Below, piece after piece: positions 9,673 through 18,426 of a DNA stretch of 64,000 nucleotides. The stretch lies in NCBI GenBank assembly GCA_016839585.1, contig JAEOTZ010000017.1:34973-98972 (forward strand), in the 5' to 3' direction. This stretch comes from Promethearchaeota archaeon (lineage in GTDB: Archaea > Asgardarchaeota > Lokiarchaeia > Sigyniarchaeales > SOKP01). Position numbers and translations under genes: made by a program. The notes under the pieces were generated by a model. It saw only the letters and a program-made list of their open reading frames with translations. It searched no databases and had not been told where the DNA came from. Each line of letters starts with the position of its first letter. Within the stretch, counting starts at the first letter, position 1.

Positions 9673-10021
9673 TTTCTTGCTAAAGCATTGTTCGAACTAT
9701 TTTTTAAGAGAAATAAGAGTAGTGATTTTTTAATTTTTAATAAGCAGGTCTAGGAGAAACTTCTTGAAAAACCATATATCTCGATCAAGTTATGTGCTTT
9801 TTTCTTGAAAAAATGATTTCAAAGAGGATTGTCATGAACCTTTCATTACAAATTAAAAAAGTACTGATAAAAGAATATATTAAAAACATAATATTAAAAA
9901 ACAAAGTTAAAATGAGATTATTTTCAGGAATAAATAATCAAAATCTTCAAGAGTTCTAAAACTAAAATAATAAATATAACATAAATCTCTTTTAAAATAA
10001 ATAAATCAATGAGGGTAAAAA

Positions 10022-10459
10022 ATGGGTAGTATGATAACTCTACAAGAACTAGGTCGCAGGAAAAGAATAATTGATAGAATGAATAATGGAGAACTTCCAT
10101 TATTTATAGGAAACTGGGATGAAAATAATGATAAAATCTCAGAACATCATATAAATACGAAAAGAAAAGATAGAAGACCCGAAAATATTGTTAAAATTCC
10201 AAGATGGTTTCATGATATGATATCTAAACAACATAAGTATATAAAGCGTATATTAGCTCTTAGTAAAAAATGTTTTATAAAATGTGTTAATGAAAAAGCC
10301 ATCACGTTCAATATAACATGGGGATATGATTATGACCGGTGGAAAGTGACCATAATCGTATGTAGTAATAATCATCATCACCAACGGATGATTGCATCAT
10401 TACCCAATGATCATAAATGGAAGGGAAAATGGACATATACAGATGAAGAATTATTATAA
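10022..10459 (+). CDS. HNH-endonuclease-like protein
   Basis: HHINTKRKDRRPENIVKIPRWFH resembles the HH-x-N-x-H HNH motif; GAGG 5' of the ATG. Confidence 0.55.
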   Translation: MGSMITLQELGRRKRIIDRMNNGELPLFIGNWDENNDKISEHHINTKRKDRRPENIVKIPRWFHDMISKQHKYIKRILALSKKCFIKCVNEKAITFNITWGYDYDRWKVTIIVCSNNHHHQRMIASLPNDHKWKGKWTYTDEELL

Positions 10460-10551
10460 TTATTTTTTTCTCAACCGTTATATAACAAAAATAAAGGTAA
10501 AAAAGAAAGTATACATAAATAAGCGAAAGGTCTTAAAATAGAAACGATTTT

Positions 10552-10761
10552 TTGAAAGTAGTAAATCGATTTGAATCTAAATATATTCCAGTTATGAAAT
10601 TCCTATTAAATGAAGATTATCTTAAATATTTAGATACTAATGAATTACAATATTTAATTGATACATTGGATATTCTTATACAGAAGACTAATGACATTAA
10701 AAAATCTCAAATATTACAAAAAGTCAAGAATAAGATAAAAAATACTTATATACAATTATAA
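10552..10761 (+). pseudogene. Short ORF, probable gene fragment
   Basis: RFESKYIPVMKFLLNEDYLKYL recalls (from memory, unverified) a helical segment of larger Lokiarchaeal LRR-associated proteins; TTG start. Confidence 0.3.
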
Positions 10762-10773
10762 TTATTTTTGATT

Positions 10774-11817
10774 TTATCCCAATTCAGTTTCAATACATTT
10801 TTTAGCAATTTGCTTAAAGACTTCGGATATGTTTTCACCAGTTAATGCTGATGTTTCATAATAATCAAGGCTTAATTTTTTAGCAATATCTTCTGCCTCT
10901 TTTCTTTTTATCATTCTTTTCTTGGTTAAGTCACATTTATTTCCAATAATCATCATTGGCAAATTATGATTTAATTTTACTTCTTTTATTATATCTTTAT
11001 ACCATTTTGGAATATTCTTAAGAGTTTCAGGATTTGTCAAATCAAAAATTAAGAAAGCTGCCTCTGCTCCTTTGTAATAATGTTTTCTCATCATCTCAAA
11101 TTTTAACTGCCCCGCGATATCCCAAAGAATGAAATTTACCCCCTCTTTATTTATTAATACATTCTTCTCTGAAATTGAAACCCCAATGGTAGCTATATAC
11201 GTTCGCCTAAAGGCATTATCAGTAAATCTTAAAATAGTTGATGTTTTTCCTACTCCGGGATCTCCACAAACGACTATTTTAAACTTATATTTTATAATCC
11301 CTTTATCCTCTACAGGCTCCTCAGGAAATGCTTCAGATTTTAAGACAGATTGTTCTTTTATTCGGAGATCCTCTAATATATTTAAAATTTCAGCACGTAA
11401 ATTATCTATTTGATTAGAAAGGATTTCTTTATTTTCTTTAATATCTTCTATTTTAATTATTTCTTGAGTAATTTTATTAAATGCAGGTTCTAAAAAGCTC
11501 AAATATTTATAAAAAATCAGATCGTCAATTTCACTAAAAAGTAAAGTAATAGATGATTGAGCAACACCACCACGGCGAGATTTATCTTCTTTTTCTATAT
11601 ATTTTATTATACCTTTCGAGGTTAATGATGGGAATGGCATAATTATTAAAGATTTAGGCATTAAACCCTGGTCTGCTGAAAGAATGGTAATTGATTTAAT
11701 ACTAACCGCCATCCGAAAGCTCTCAGGTAAATCAGAAGGATACCATAAAATTGGGTTTGGTCCAAGTTTTTCGTCAAATTCTGTAAATATTATTGCTTTT
11801 ATTAGTTCTTTAGCCAT
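10774..11817 (-). CDS. uDENN/longin domain fused to Rab-like GTPase (start reassigned to MAKELIK)
   Basis: IIFTEFDEKLGPNP (NPRL2/FLCN-type longin start); GDPGVGKT, TIG, WDIAGQ, NKCD, ETSA. The 58 extra codons in the ORF track are AT-rich and absent from the paralog. Confidence 0.88.
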   Translation of the reverse strand: MAKELIKAIIFTEFDEKLGPNPILWYPSDLPESFRMAVSIKSITILSADQGLMPKSLIIMPFPSLTSKGIIKYIEKEDKSRRGGVAQSSITLLFSEIDDLIFYKYLSFLEPAFNKITQEIIKIEDIKENKEILSNQIDNLRAEILNILEDLRIKEQSVLKSEAFPEEPVEDKGIIKYKFKIVVCGDPGVGKTSTILRFTDNAFRRTYIATIGVSISEKNVLINKEGVNFILWDIAGQLKFEMMRKHYYKGAEAAFLIFDLTNPETLKNIPKWYKDIIKEVKLNHNLPMMIIGNKCDLTKKRMIKRKEAEDIAKKLSLDYYETSALTGENISEVFKQIAKKCIETELG

Positions 11818-12036
11818 CGTCAGTTCAGTAAATTTATAACTTAAATAAATATTAGCACTATATATGAATAATTTATATAAATTATAATAATTTAAACATT
11901 TAATCAATTTAAATAAGCATATAAAAAATATGAATGTGGTATTTAACATTATAGGAACTAATTCTTTATTAATTTTATAATAAATCAACAATCTTAGTTT
12001 AGTTTCACGAAGTATAACTTAGAAGTAATCAAATAT

Positions 12037-12067
12037 TTAAATCAATAAGGAACGATTTTTTACAATT
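12037..12067. repeat. 31-bp perfect direct repeat, copy 1
   Basis: TTAAATCAATAAGGAACGATTTTTTACAATT, identical to 20384-20414. Confidence 0.9.
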
Positions 12068-12168
12068 TTATACAAAAAATGAGAAGTAAGTTTTTATCCA
12101 AATACAATTCAGTCTCGCCGTCCTTAAAGACTAAATAGAAAATTTAAAAAAATTAAAAAAAAAAATAA

Positions 12169-12261
12169 TTAAATAGATTCATAATAAAGTGCTGCCATGC
12201 CTATTCCTGCTAAAAGTCCTGCTCCAATAAATAATATTGCTGACCACTCTGAAGTAAAAAG
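12169..12261 (-). pseudogene. Orphan 3' fragment of an LRR membrane protein paralog
   Basis: Translates LFTSEWSAILFIGAGLLAGIGMAALYYESI*, versus LFTAEWSAILFIGAGILAAVGMVALYYELS* at the end of 13744-14694. Confidence 0.85.
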
Positions 12262-12310
12262 TCTGAAGTAAAAATAAAAATAAATAAAAAAAAAGAATTT
12301 TAAATTAGAT

Positions 12311-13471
12311 TTATTTTGGTCTTCTTCTTCTTAATATGAAGATTGCTAAGCCAATCACCGCTCCCCCACCAATAACCGAAGATGTGATAATAATTAACTC
12401 TAGAGGAAATGCGTCTCCACCTGTCGGTCCCTCTTTGTAACCAAAATTCACCAGTAACATATCGGAATATGTCACGTAAGTATCTGAAAACCCCCCAAGG
12501 TAGAGATTATCAGAGGAATCCACTGCTCCACAATAACATATTTCACGGTTATCACCACCCCACGTACGATTCCAAAGTTGTATCCCAGAATTATCATATT
12601 TCACCAAAACCATATCATCACCTCCAGCTCCAAAACTACCTGTCTCTCCTGTAAGGTAAATATTATCTGTAGAATCAATTGCAATTCCATAACTACTGTC
12701 AGATAGAGCACCACCCCACGTGCGATTCCATAGTTGCACTCCAGAACTATCGTACTTCACCAGAATTATATCCTCCTCACCTGCGCCAAAGCTGAAGGTT
12801 TCTCCCACAATGAAAATATTATTTGACGAGTCCAGTGCAATTCCAAAGCCACTGTCAGATAGGGCACCACCCCACGTGCGATTCCATAGTTGCACTCCAG
12901 AACTATCATACTTCACCAGAATTATATCCTCCTCACCTGCACCAAAGTTATTTGAAACTCCTACAAGATAAATATTATCTAATGAGTCTACTTCTACTCC
13001 CCAACCGGTATCCACATTAAGAATAGCACTCCCTCCCCACGTACGATTCCAGAGTTGTATCCCAGAACTATCATATTTCACCAAAACCATATCAACACCT
13101 CCAGCTCCAAAACTCCCTGTCTCTCCTGTAAGATACACATTGTCTAATGAATCTACCGTCACTCCATAACTCTTGTCGTAACTACTTCCCCCCCAGGTAC
13201 GATTCCAAAGTAGTGTCCCAGAATTATCATATTTCAGCACAGCAATAGCTGAACTTCCTTGACCAAAACTATATGAATACCCCACAAAATAAATATTATC
13301 TGAAGAATCCACTGCTACACCATTGCCATTTTCGGGGTCGTTTCCACCCCATTTACGATACCAGTTAACTCCAAAAGAATTATTTGTCGATAAAACACTA
13401 GATATTTGTAATATAAAGCTAAAGTACATAACTAATATAACCATTGTTAAGTAAGATCTTTTATTTTTCAT
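12311..13471 (-). CDS. SBBP beta-propeller repeat surface protein with C-terminal TM anchor
   Basis: Signal peptide; repeats of D-LVKYDSSG-QLWNRTWGG...G-AVDS-NIY-G; TM followed by RRRRPK. Confidence 0.88.
   Translation of the reverse strand: MKNKRSYLTMVILVMYFSFILQISSVLSTNNSFGVNWYRKWGGNDPENGNGVAVDSSDNIYFVGYSYSFGQGSSAIAVLKYDNSGTLLWNRTWGGSSYDKSYGVTVDSLDNVYLTGETGSFGAGGVDMVLVKYDSSGIQLWNRTWGGSAILNVDTGWGVEVDSLDNIYLVGVSNNFGAGEEDIILVKYDSSGVQLWNRTWGGALSDSGFGIALDSSNNIFIVGETFSFGAGEEDIILVKYDSSGVQLWNRTWGGALSDSSYGIAIDSTDNIYLTGETGSFGAGGDDMVLVKYDNSGIQLWNRTWGGDNREICYCGAVDSSDNLYLGGFSDTYVTYSDMLLVNFGYKEGPTGGDAFPLELIIITSSVIGGGAVIGLAIFILRRRRPK
12695..12947. repeat. Near-identical intragenic repeat, 156-bp period
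   Basis: 12695-12791 vs 12851-12947 differ at about 3 positions and encode identical GAGEEDIILVKYDSSGVQLWNRTWGGALSDS. Confidence 0.85.
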
Positions 13472-13743
13472 TTATCACTTTCAACTTCTTTTTATATTTT
13501 TTTCTCATTTTCACTTACTCTTTTCTTGTAGATTATAATTAAATGATGAGAGATAGTACCCTTTATAATTGAGCTTCCGATAGTTCCATAGAACTTTCAA
13601 TATCTTGTGATAGTTTCTTAGAAAAAGTATAAATAGATACGAGAATGGTATAAGCATTCTATTAAATAATTAGTTATCTTCTTAGCCAAAATCTAGTTTA
13701 AATTTTTTAAAAGTAAGAGAAAAAAAAAATAATTTAAAAAGAA

Positions 13744-14694
13744 TTAAGATAATTCATAATAAAGTGCTACCATACCCACAGCTGCTAAAATCCCTGCTCC
13801 AATAAATAATATTGCCGACCATTCTGCAGTAAAAAGCACTTCCCAGAAATCAAATTTTACTGGATCTGGATTGTAATTTGTCACTGCCAAAATAATTATC
13901 AAAGTTATAAAGCTTGCAATTCCAAAAGTTATCCCTGCCCATACTGCTAGAGCTAGTAAAATTTTCTTTCCCACTTCATTAATTTCATGGTAGGTCTGAC
14001 GTCGAATGATCTTCTTTAAGCGCTTTAATTCTTGTTTTGGGAACCATTGTTTTGGTCCAAAATGGATTTTCTTATAAGTTTCTTTCGAATAAATGTGGAA
14101 ATTCTCAATAGGATTCTTTGCTATGTTAATATGTGTCGCTGTATTAGGCAAATCTGTTATGTTGAACTCTTTTAATTGATTATTATCAAGGATTACTTTT
14201 TTCAATTTTTGAAAATTTCTAATATTTTCAATTTTTTGGACCTTATTATCACTTAGTTTTAGTATTCTTAAATTTGGAAAATATTCAATTCCCTTCATAG
14301 TTGTTATTTGATTGTGAGAAAGATCCAGCTTTCTTACACGCCAGAGATGATCAAGCCCTTGAATATCAGTAATACTGTTTATGTGTTTACCACATAATTT
14401 TAAGGATTTTGATCCCACACGATGTTGTATTCCTTCAATTATAATATACTTTGGTTCCAAATTTTGTGCTGAAGATGGATTGGGGGTTGTAAATGTATTA
14501 GGTAGCTCTGGTTTGATATCTGTTGATTCTGTAATTCTTAGGTATATAGAAATAATTGCAGTACCGATTATCGATAGTACCATAAGTGTGAGCATCACTA
14601 TAGGATTTAGAGTTAATAGCCAAACCAATAAAAAAAGAACTAGACATTCTACATACCATATCCTTTTTGACCATGGATCAAGATTTTTGTCCAT
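13744..14694 (-). CDS. Leucine-rich repeat protein with N- and C-terminal TM pairs
   Basis: LDLSHNQIT, LKLSDNKVQ, ILDNNQLK LRRs between hydrophobic ends; its ATG abuts the stop of the upstream gene. Confidence 0.85.
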   Translation of the reverse strand: MDKNLDPWSKRIWYVECLVLFLLVWLLTLNPIVMLTLMVLSIIGTAIISIYLRITESTDIKPELPNTFTTPNPSSAQNLEPKYIIIEGIQHRVGSKSLKLCGKHINSITDIQGLDHLWRVRKLDLSHNQITTMKGIEYFPNLRILKLSDNKVQKIENIRNFQKLKKVILDNNQLKEFNITDLPNTATHINIAKNPIENFHIYSKETYKKIHFGPKQWFPKQELKRLKKIIRRQTYHEINEVGKKILLALAVWAGITFGIASFITLIIILAVTNYNPDPVKFDFWEVLFTAEWSAILFIGAGILAAVGMVALYYELS

Positions 14695-17600
14695 TTACTT
14701 CTCCCTTCTTCTAAGTTTTTTAACGATTAATGGAATTGATATTACGGCAATTATTCCCGCTATACTGGTTCCTATAATTATCGGCAACAGATTTGGTTGT
14801 TTTGTTGTTTTTACTTCTTTAACTGTTATGGCTATTGTATCAGCAATAGAATTTCCATACGCGTCAGTAAAATTGATAGTAAAGATGTATTCGCCTGAAG
14901 ATAGACCTTCTGGAATGATATAGACAATCGCCACTCCGCTTGACCAAGAAGCTGGACCTGCTACGATACCAGACCCTTGAAGCTCAATCGTATAGGTATT
15001 TGGATGAGGATCTGTTGCCGTCCATGAGATATTTACTCCAGAATAGCCGTAATCAACCGTAAAATCACTTGGGGCATCTGTTATTACCGGATCTATCGTA
15101 TCTTCAATAGTCATAGTGACTGTATGAGTAGCAAAGTTACCATAGTTGTCTGTAAAGTTAACGGTATAGATGTACTCGCCTACATTTAAACCATCTGGGA
15201 TGGTATAGTTGATTGGAGTATTACTAAGCCATGAATCTGGACCTGCTACGATACCAAATCCTTGAAGCTCAATTAAATAAGTATTTGGATGTGGATCAGT
15301 TGCAGTCCAAGAAATACTTATCCCTGTGTATCCGAACTCGATATTAAAGTCGCTTGGGGTATCTGTTATTGTCGGACCTATTGTATCATCAATAGTCATA
15401 ATAACTGTATCAGTAGCAAATTGACCATAACTATCAGTAAAGTTAATGGTATAGATATATACACCCACATCTAAACCATCTGGGATGGTATAGTTGATTG
15501 GAGTATTGTTAGACCATGAATCTGGACCTGCTACGATACCACTTCCTTGAAGTTCAATGGTGTAAATGTGTGAATGTAGATCTGTTGCAGTCCAAGAAAT
15601 ATTTATCCCTGTGTACCCAAACTCGATGTTAAAGTCGCTTGGGGCATCAATTATTATCGGATCTAAGGTATCAGATATCTCATCTGTAAATTTAGGTCTT
15701 AAAAAGTCTTTTCCAGCAAGACCTTGCCATAATACCTCTTCTCCAGAAGTAGTAGGATTGAGAGCATATATCTTATTATCATCACTCCCTACAATTATTT
15801 CAAGCTTTCCATCTCCATCCACATCTCCCAGAGCAGGTGAGGAAATTATATTTCCTCCCAACTGATAGTTCCAAGCTTTAGTTCCATCTTCGCCGTTTAT
15901 TGCATATATATTATCATCATAACTTCCTACTATTACTTCAAATTTTCCATCACCATCGATATCGCCTATTGCAGGAGATGAATACACTTGATCTCCCGTT
16001 TGAAAGTTCCAAGTTTCAGTTCCATCTTCGCCGTTTATTGCATATATCTTATTATCATAACTTCCTACTACTACTTCAAACCTTCTATCACCATCAATAT
16101 CAGCTATTGCAGGAGATGACATTATCCTACTTGCTGTCGTATAATTCCAAATTTCAGTTCCATCCTTGCCGTTTATTGCATATATTTTGCCGTTATAACT
16201 CCCTACTACTACTTCAAACTTTCCATCTCCATCCACATCGCCTATTGCTGGAGAAGAATAGATATCATCTCCAGTGTTATATTTCCACCTAAGAGATCCA
16301 CTCTCTCCATTTAATGCATATAAATAGTGATCACCACTTCCAATAACTACCTCAAGCTTTCCATCACCATCCACATCTCCCAGAGCAGGCGAAGAAATGA
16401 TAATGTAATTCGTCTTATGACTCCATAATACACCTCCATTCTCTCCATTTAGGGCAAATATTCTACCATCATAGGTATTACCAAAGATTACCTCAAGCTT
16501 TCCATCCCCATCCACATCTCCCAGAGCAGGTGAAGAATCTACATCACTTTGAGTATCAAACTGCCATATCAGGTTCCCATTTTCACCATTTAGAGCATAT
16601 AAATAATTATCGTCACTTCCCACTACGACCTCAAGTTTACCATCCCCATCAATATCTCCAAGAGCAGGTGAACATGAAATACTACTCCCAGTTGCGTAAT
16701 TCCATAGCTCAGTTCCATCTTCACTATTTAGAGCATACACCTTGTCATCATGGCTTCCGATTATAACTTCGAGTTTCCCATCCTCGTCTATATCTCCTAA
16801 TGCTGAAGAGGAAGTTATATCGTCTCCTGTTGGGTAATTCCATAATTCTGAAACCAATGGAAAGGACTTCATTCTGTAAAAGTCAGTGCCGGCTAATCCT
16901 TGCCATACGATTTTTTCTCCAGAAGGAGTAGATTTTATTGCATATACTTTATAATCATAGCATCCTATTACTACCTCAAGAGTCCCATCTCCATCCAAAT
17001 CACCTAATGATGGAGAAGACCTAACTAACCCACCCGTCTGGTATGACCAAGATATACTTCCATCCTTACCATTAATTGCATACACTTTTCGGTCATCGCT
17101 TCCAATCACTACTTCGAGCTTTCCATCACCATCCACATCACCTATCGCAGGAGAAGACCATACTTGGTTTCCTGTTGAGATTTTCCATTCGACACTTCCA
17201 TCTTCTCCGTTGAATACGTACACATAATTATCAGTATTTCCAATGCCTGACTCAGTACTTCCAACCACTACTTCTAGTTTTCCATCACCGTCCACATCAC
17301 CTAAAGCAGGCGAAGACCATACAATTGACGCTTCTGTGGCGCGCCACCATGCAGTAGTACCGTCTTCTCCATTTAGAGCATAAACTCTGGAATTTGAAGT
17401 TCCGAATACCACTTCAAGCTTTCCATCCCCATCTATATCTCCTATAGCTGGAGATGAGAAGCAGTTAAGGTTTCTAGACCATACAGGGGTTCCATCCTCA
17501 CCGTTAAATACATAAGTACCCGCAACGACCTCGAGTTTTCCATCACCGTCCACATCGCCCAATGAGGGAGAATATGCTGCACCACCTAAATATTCCCATA

Positions 17601-18186
17601 GCACACTTCCATTTTCACCGTGTAATACTTTTATGTTTCCAGTACTTCCAGAAAACAAAATATGTACTACTACTTCAAGTTCCTCATCTCCATTTACGTC
17701 GCCCAGAACAATAGGATTATCTACAACACCGCCAAATTTTGTTGTCCATTCAGTATTTCCAGTCAGACTATTCAAAGAATAAACATGTTGATTCGTACTT
17801 CCTATTAATACTTCCAAATATCCATCATCATCAACATCGCCTATTGCAGGAGATGAGTGTATACTATCCCAACCATCTCCCGTTTTATGATCCCACATCA
17901 GGCTTCCAGATTCACCACTTAGGGCATATATAGTACTATTATGACTTCCGAAGAACACTTCAAGCTTCCCATCGTGATCTACATCAAATAGTGCAGGGTT
18001 ACAATATACTTGATCATCAGCTTGAAAACTCCATAATAACGAGGCTGTTGCTGAAGTATTCAATTCGCTTTCCATAGTATTAAAGTGGTTTTCCATTTTC
18101 GTATCTTGAATAACTGTTGTTGCTGCAAAAATAGTTCCTAAAATCAGTACTATAATAACAATTTTTGGGTTTATGATTTTTTTCAT
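14695..18186 (-). CDS. FG-GAP/PQQ-like repeat double beta-propeller + three Ig-like repeats + C-terminal TM (large surface protein)
   Basis: Many SSPA[IL]GD[VI]DGDGKLEVV-GS-D--VYA-NGEDG---W repeats with DxDGDG Ca-binding-like motifs; three P-ITDAPSDF...YTINFTD-YG repeats; TM then KKLRRREK. Confidence 0.88.
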   Translation of the reverse strand: MKKIINPKIVIIVLILGTIFAATTVIQDTKMENHFNTMESELNTSATASLLWSFQADDQVYCNPALFDVDHDGKLEVFFGSHNSTIYALSGESGSLMWDHKTGDGWDSIHSSPAIGDVDDDGYLEVLIGSTNQHVYSLNSLTGNTEWTTKFGGVVDNPIVLGDVNGDEELEVVVHILFSGSTGNIKVLHGENGSVLWEYLGGAAYSPSLGDVDGDGKLEVVAGTYVFNGEDGTPVWSRNLNCFSSPAIGDIDGDGKLEVVFGTSNSRVYALNGEDGTTAWWRATEASIVWSSPALGDVDGDGKLEVVVGSTESGIGNTDNYVYVFNGEDGSVEWKISTGNQVWSSPAIGDVDGDGKLEVVIGSDDRKVYAINGKDGSISWSYQTGGLVRSSPSLGDLDGDGTLEVVIGCYDYKVYAIKSTPSGEKIVWQGLAGTDFYRMKSFPLVSELWNYPTGDDITSSSALGDIDEDGKLEVIIGSHDDKVYALNSEDGTELWNYATGSSISCSPALGDIDGDGKLEVVVGSDDNYLYALNGENGNLIWQFDTQSDVDSSPALGDVDGDGKLEVIFGNTYDGRIFALNGENGGVLWSHKTNYIIISSPALGDVDGDGKLEVVIGSGDHYLYALNGESGSLRWKYNTGDDIYSSPAIGDVDGDGKFEVVVGSYNGKIYAINGKDGTEIWNYTTASRIMSSPAIADIDGDRRFEVVVGSYDNKIYAINGEDGTETWNFQTGDQVYSSPAIGDIDGDGKFEVIVGSYDDNIYAINGEDGTKAWNYQLGGNIISSPALGDVDGDGKLEIIVGSDDNKIYALNPTTSGEEVLWQGLAGKDFLRPKFTDEISDTLDPIIIDAPSDFNIEFGYTGINISWTATDLHSHIYTIELQGSGIVAGPDSWSNNTPINYTIPDGLDVGVYIYTINFTDSYGQFATDTVIMTIDDTIGPTITDTPSDFNIEFGYTGISISWTATDPHPNTYLIELQGFGIVAGPDSWLSNTPINYTIPDGLNVGEYIYTVNFTDNYGNFATHTVTMTIEDTIDPVITDAPSDFTVDYGYSGVNISWTATDPHPNTYTIELQGSGIVAGPASWSSGVAIVYIIPEGLSSGEYIFTINFTDAYGNSIADTIAITVKEVKTTKQPNLLPIIIGTSIAGIIAVISIPLIVKKLRRREK

Positions 18187-18289
18187 ATTTTTCACTTCCT
18201 TTGTTTTATAAATTATTTTTTTTAGATTTTGACAATTTTATATAATTGGAAAAAAAAATTTGATTGTTATATTTAAAGAAAAAAGAGTA

Positions 18290-18395
18290 TTTTCCTAATG
18301 TACGATGCCATTCGTATGTATATGTTATCCTTATCCCCTCTTTACCTTTTTTTAGTTTTCGTATTTATTTTTCCCTTCTCCTAAGTTTTTTATTA
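18290..18395 (-). pseudogene. Mosaic of gene remnants (KKLRRREK* end and YEWHRT start)
   Basis: 18365-18391 encodes KKLRRREK*, as at the end of the FG-GAP gene; ~18299-18316 encodes YEWHRT, as at the mature start of 18427-20310. Confidence 0.6.
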
Positions 18396-18426
18396 GAATA
18401 TAATATCTTTCAAATTTTATTGGGAT

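Noticed and set aside
13552-13625. Three GATAGT motifs upstream of the SBBP gene
   Set aside because: Too short and irregularly spaced to distinguish from chance in AT-rich DNA.
15700-18000. Periodic DNA repeats as a CRISPR array
   Set aside because: They are degenerate coding repeats of FG-GAP blades within one ORF; no cas genes.
14695-18186. True integrin alpha
   Set aside because: The FG-GAP/DxDGDG repeats are of the common prokaryotic type; no GFFKR tail or beta partner.
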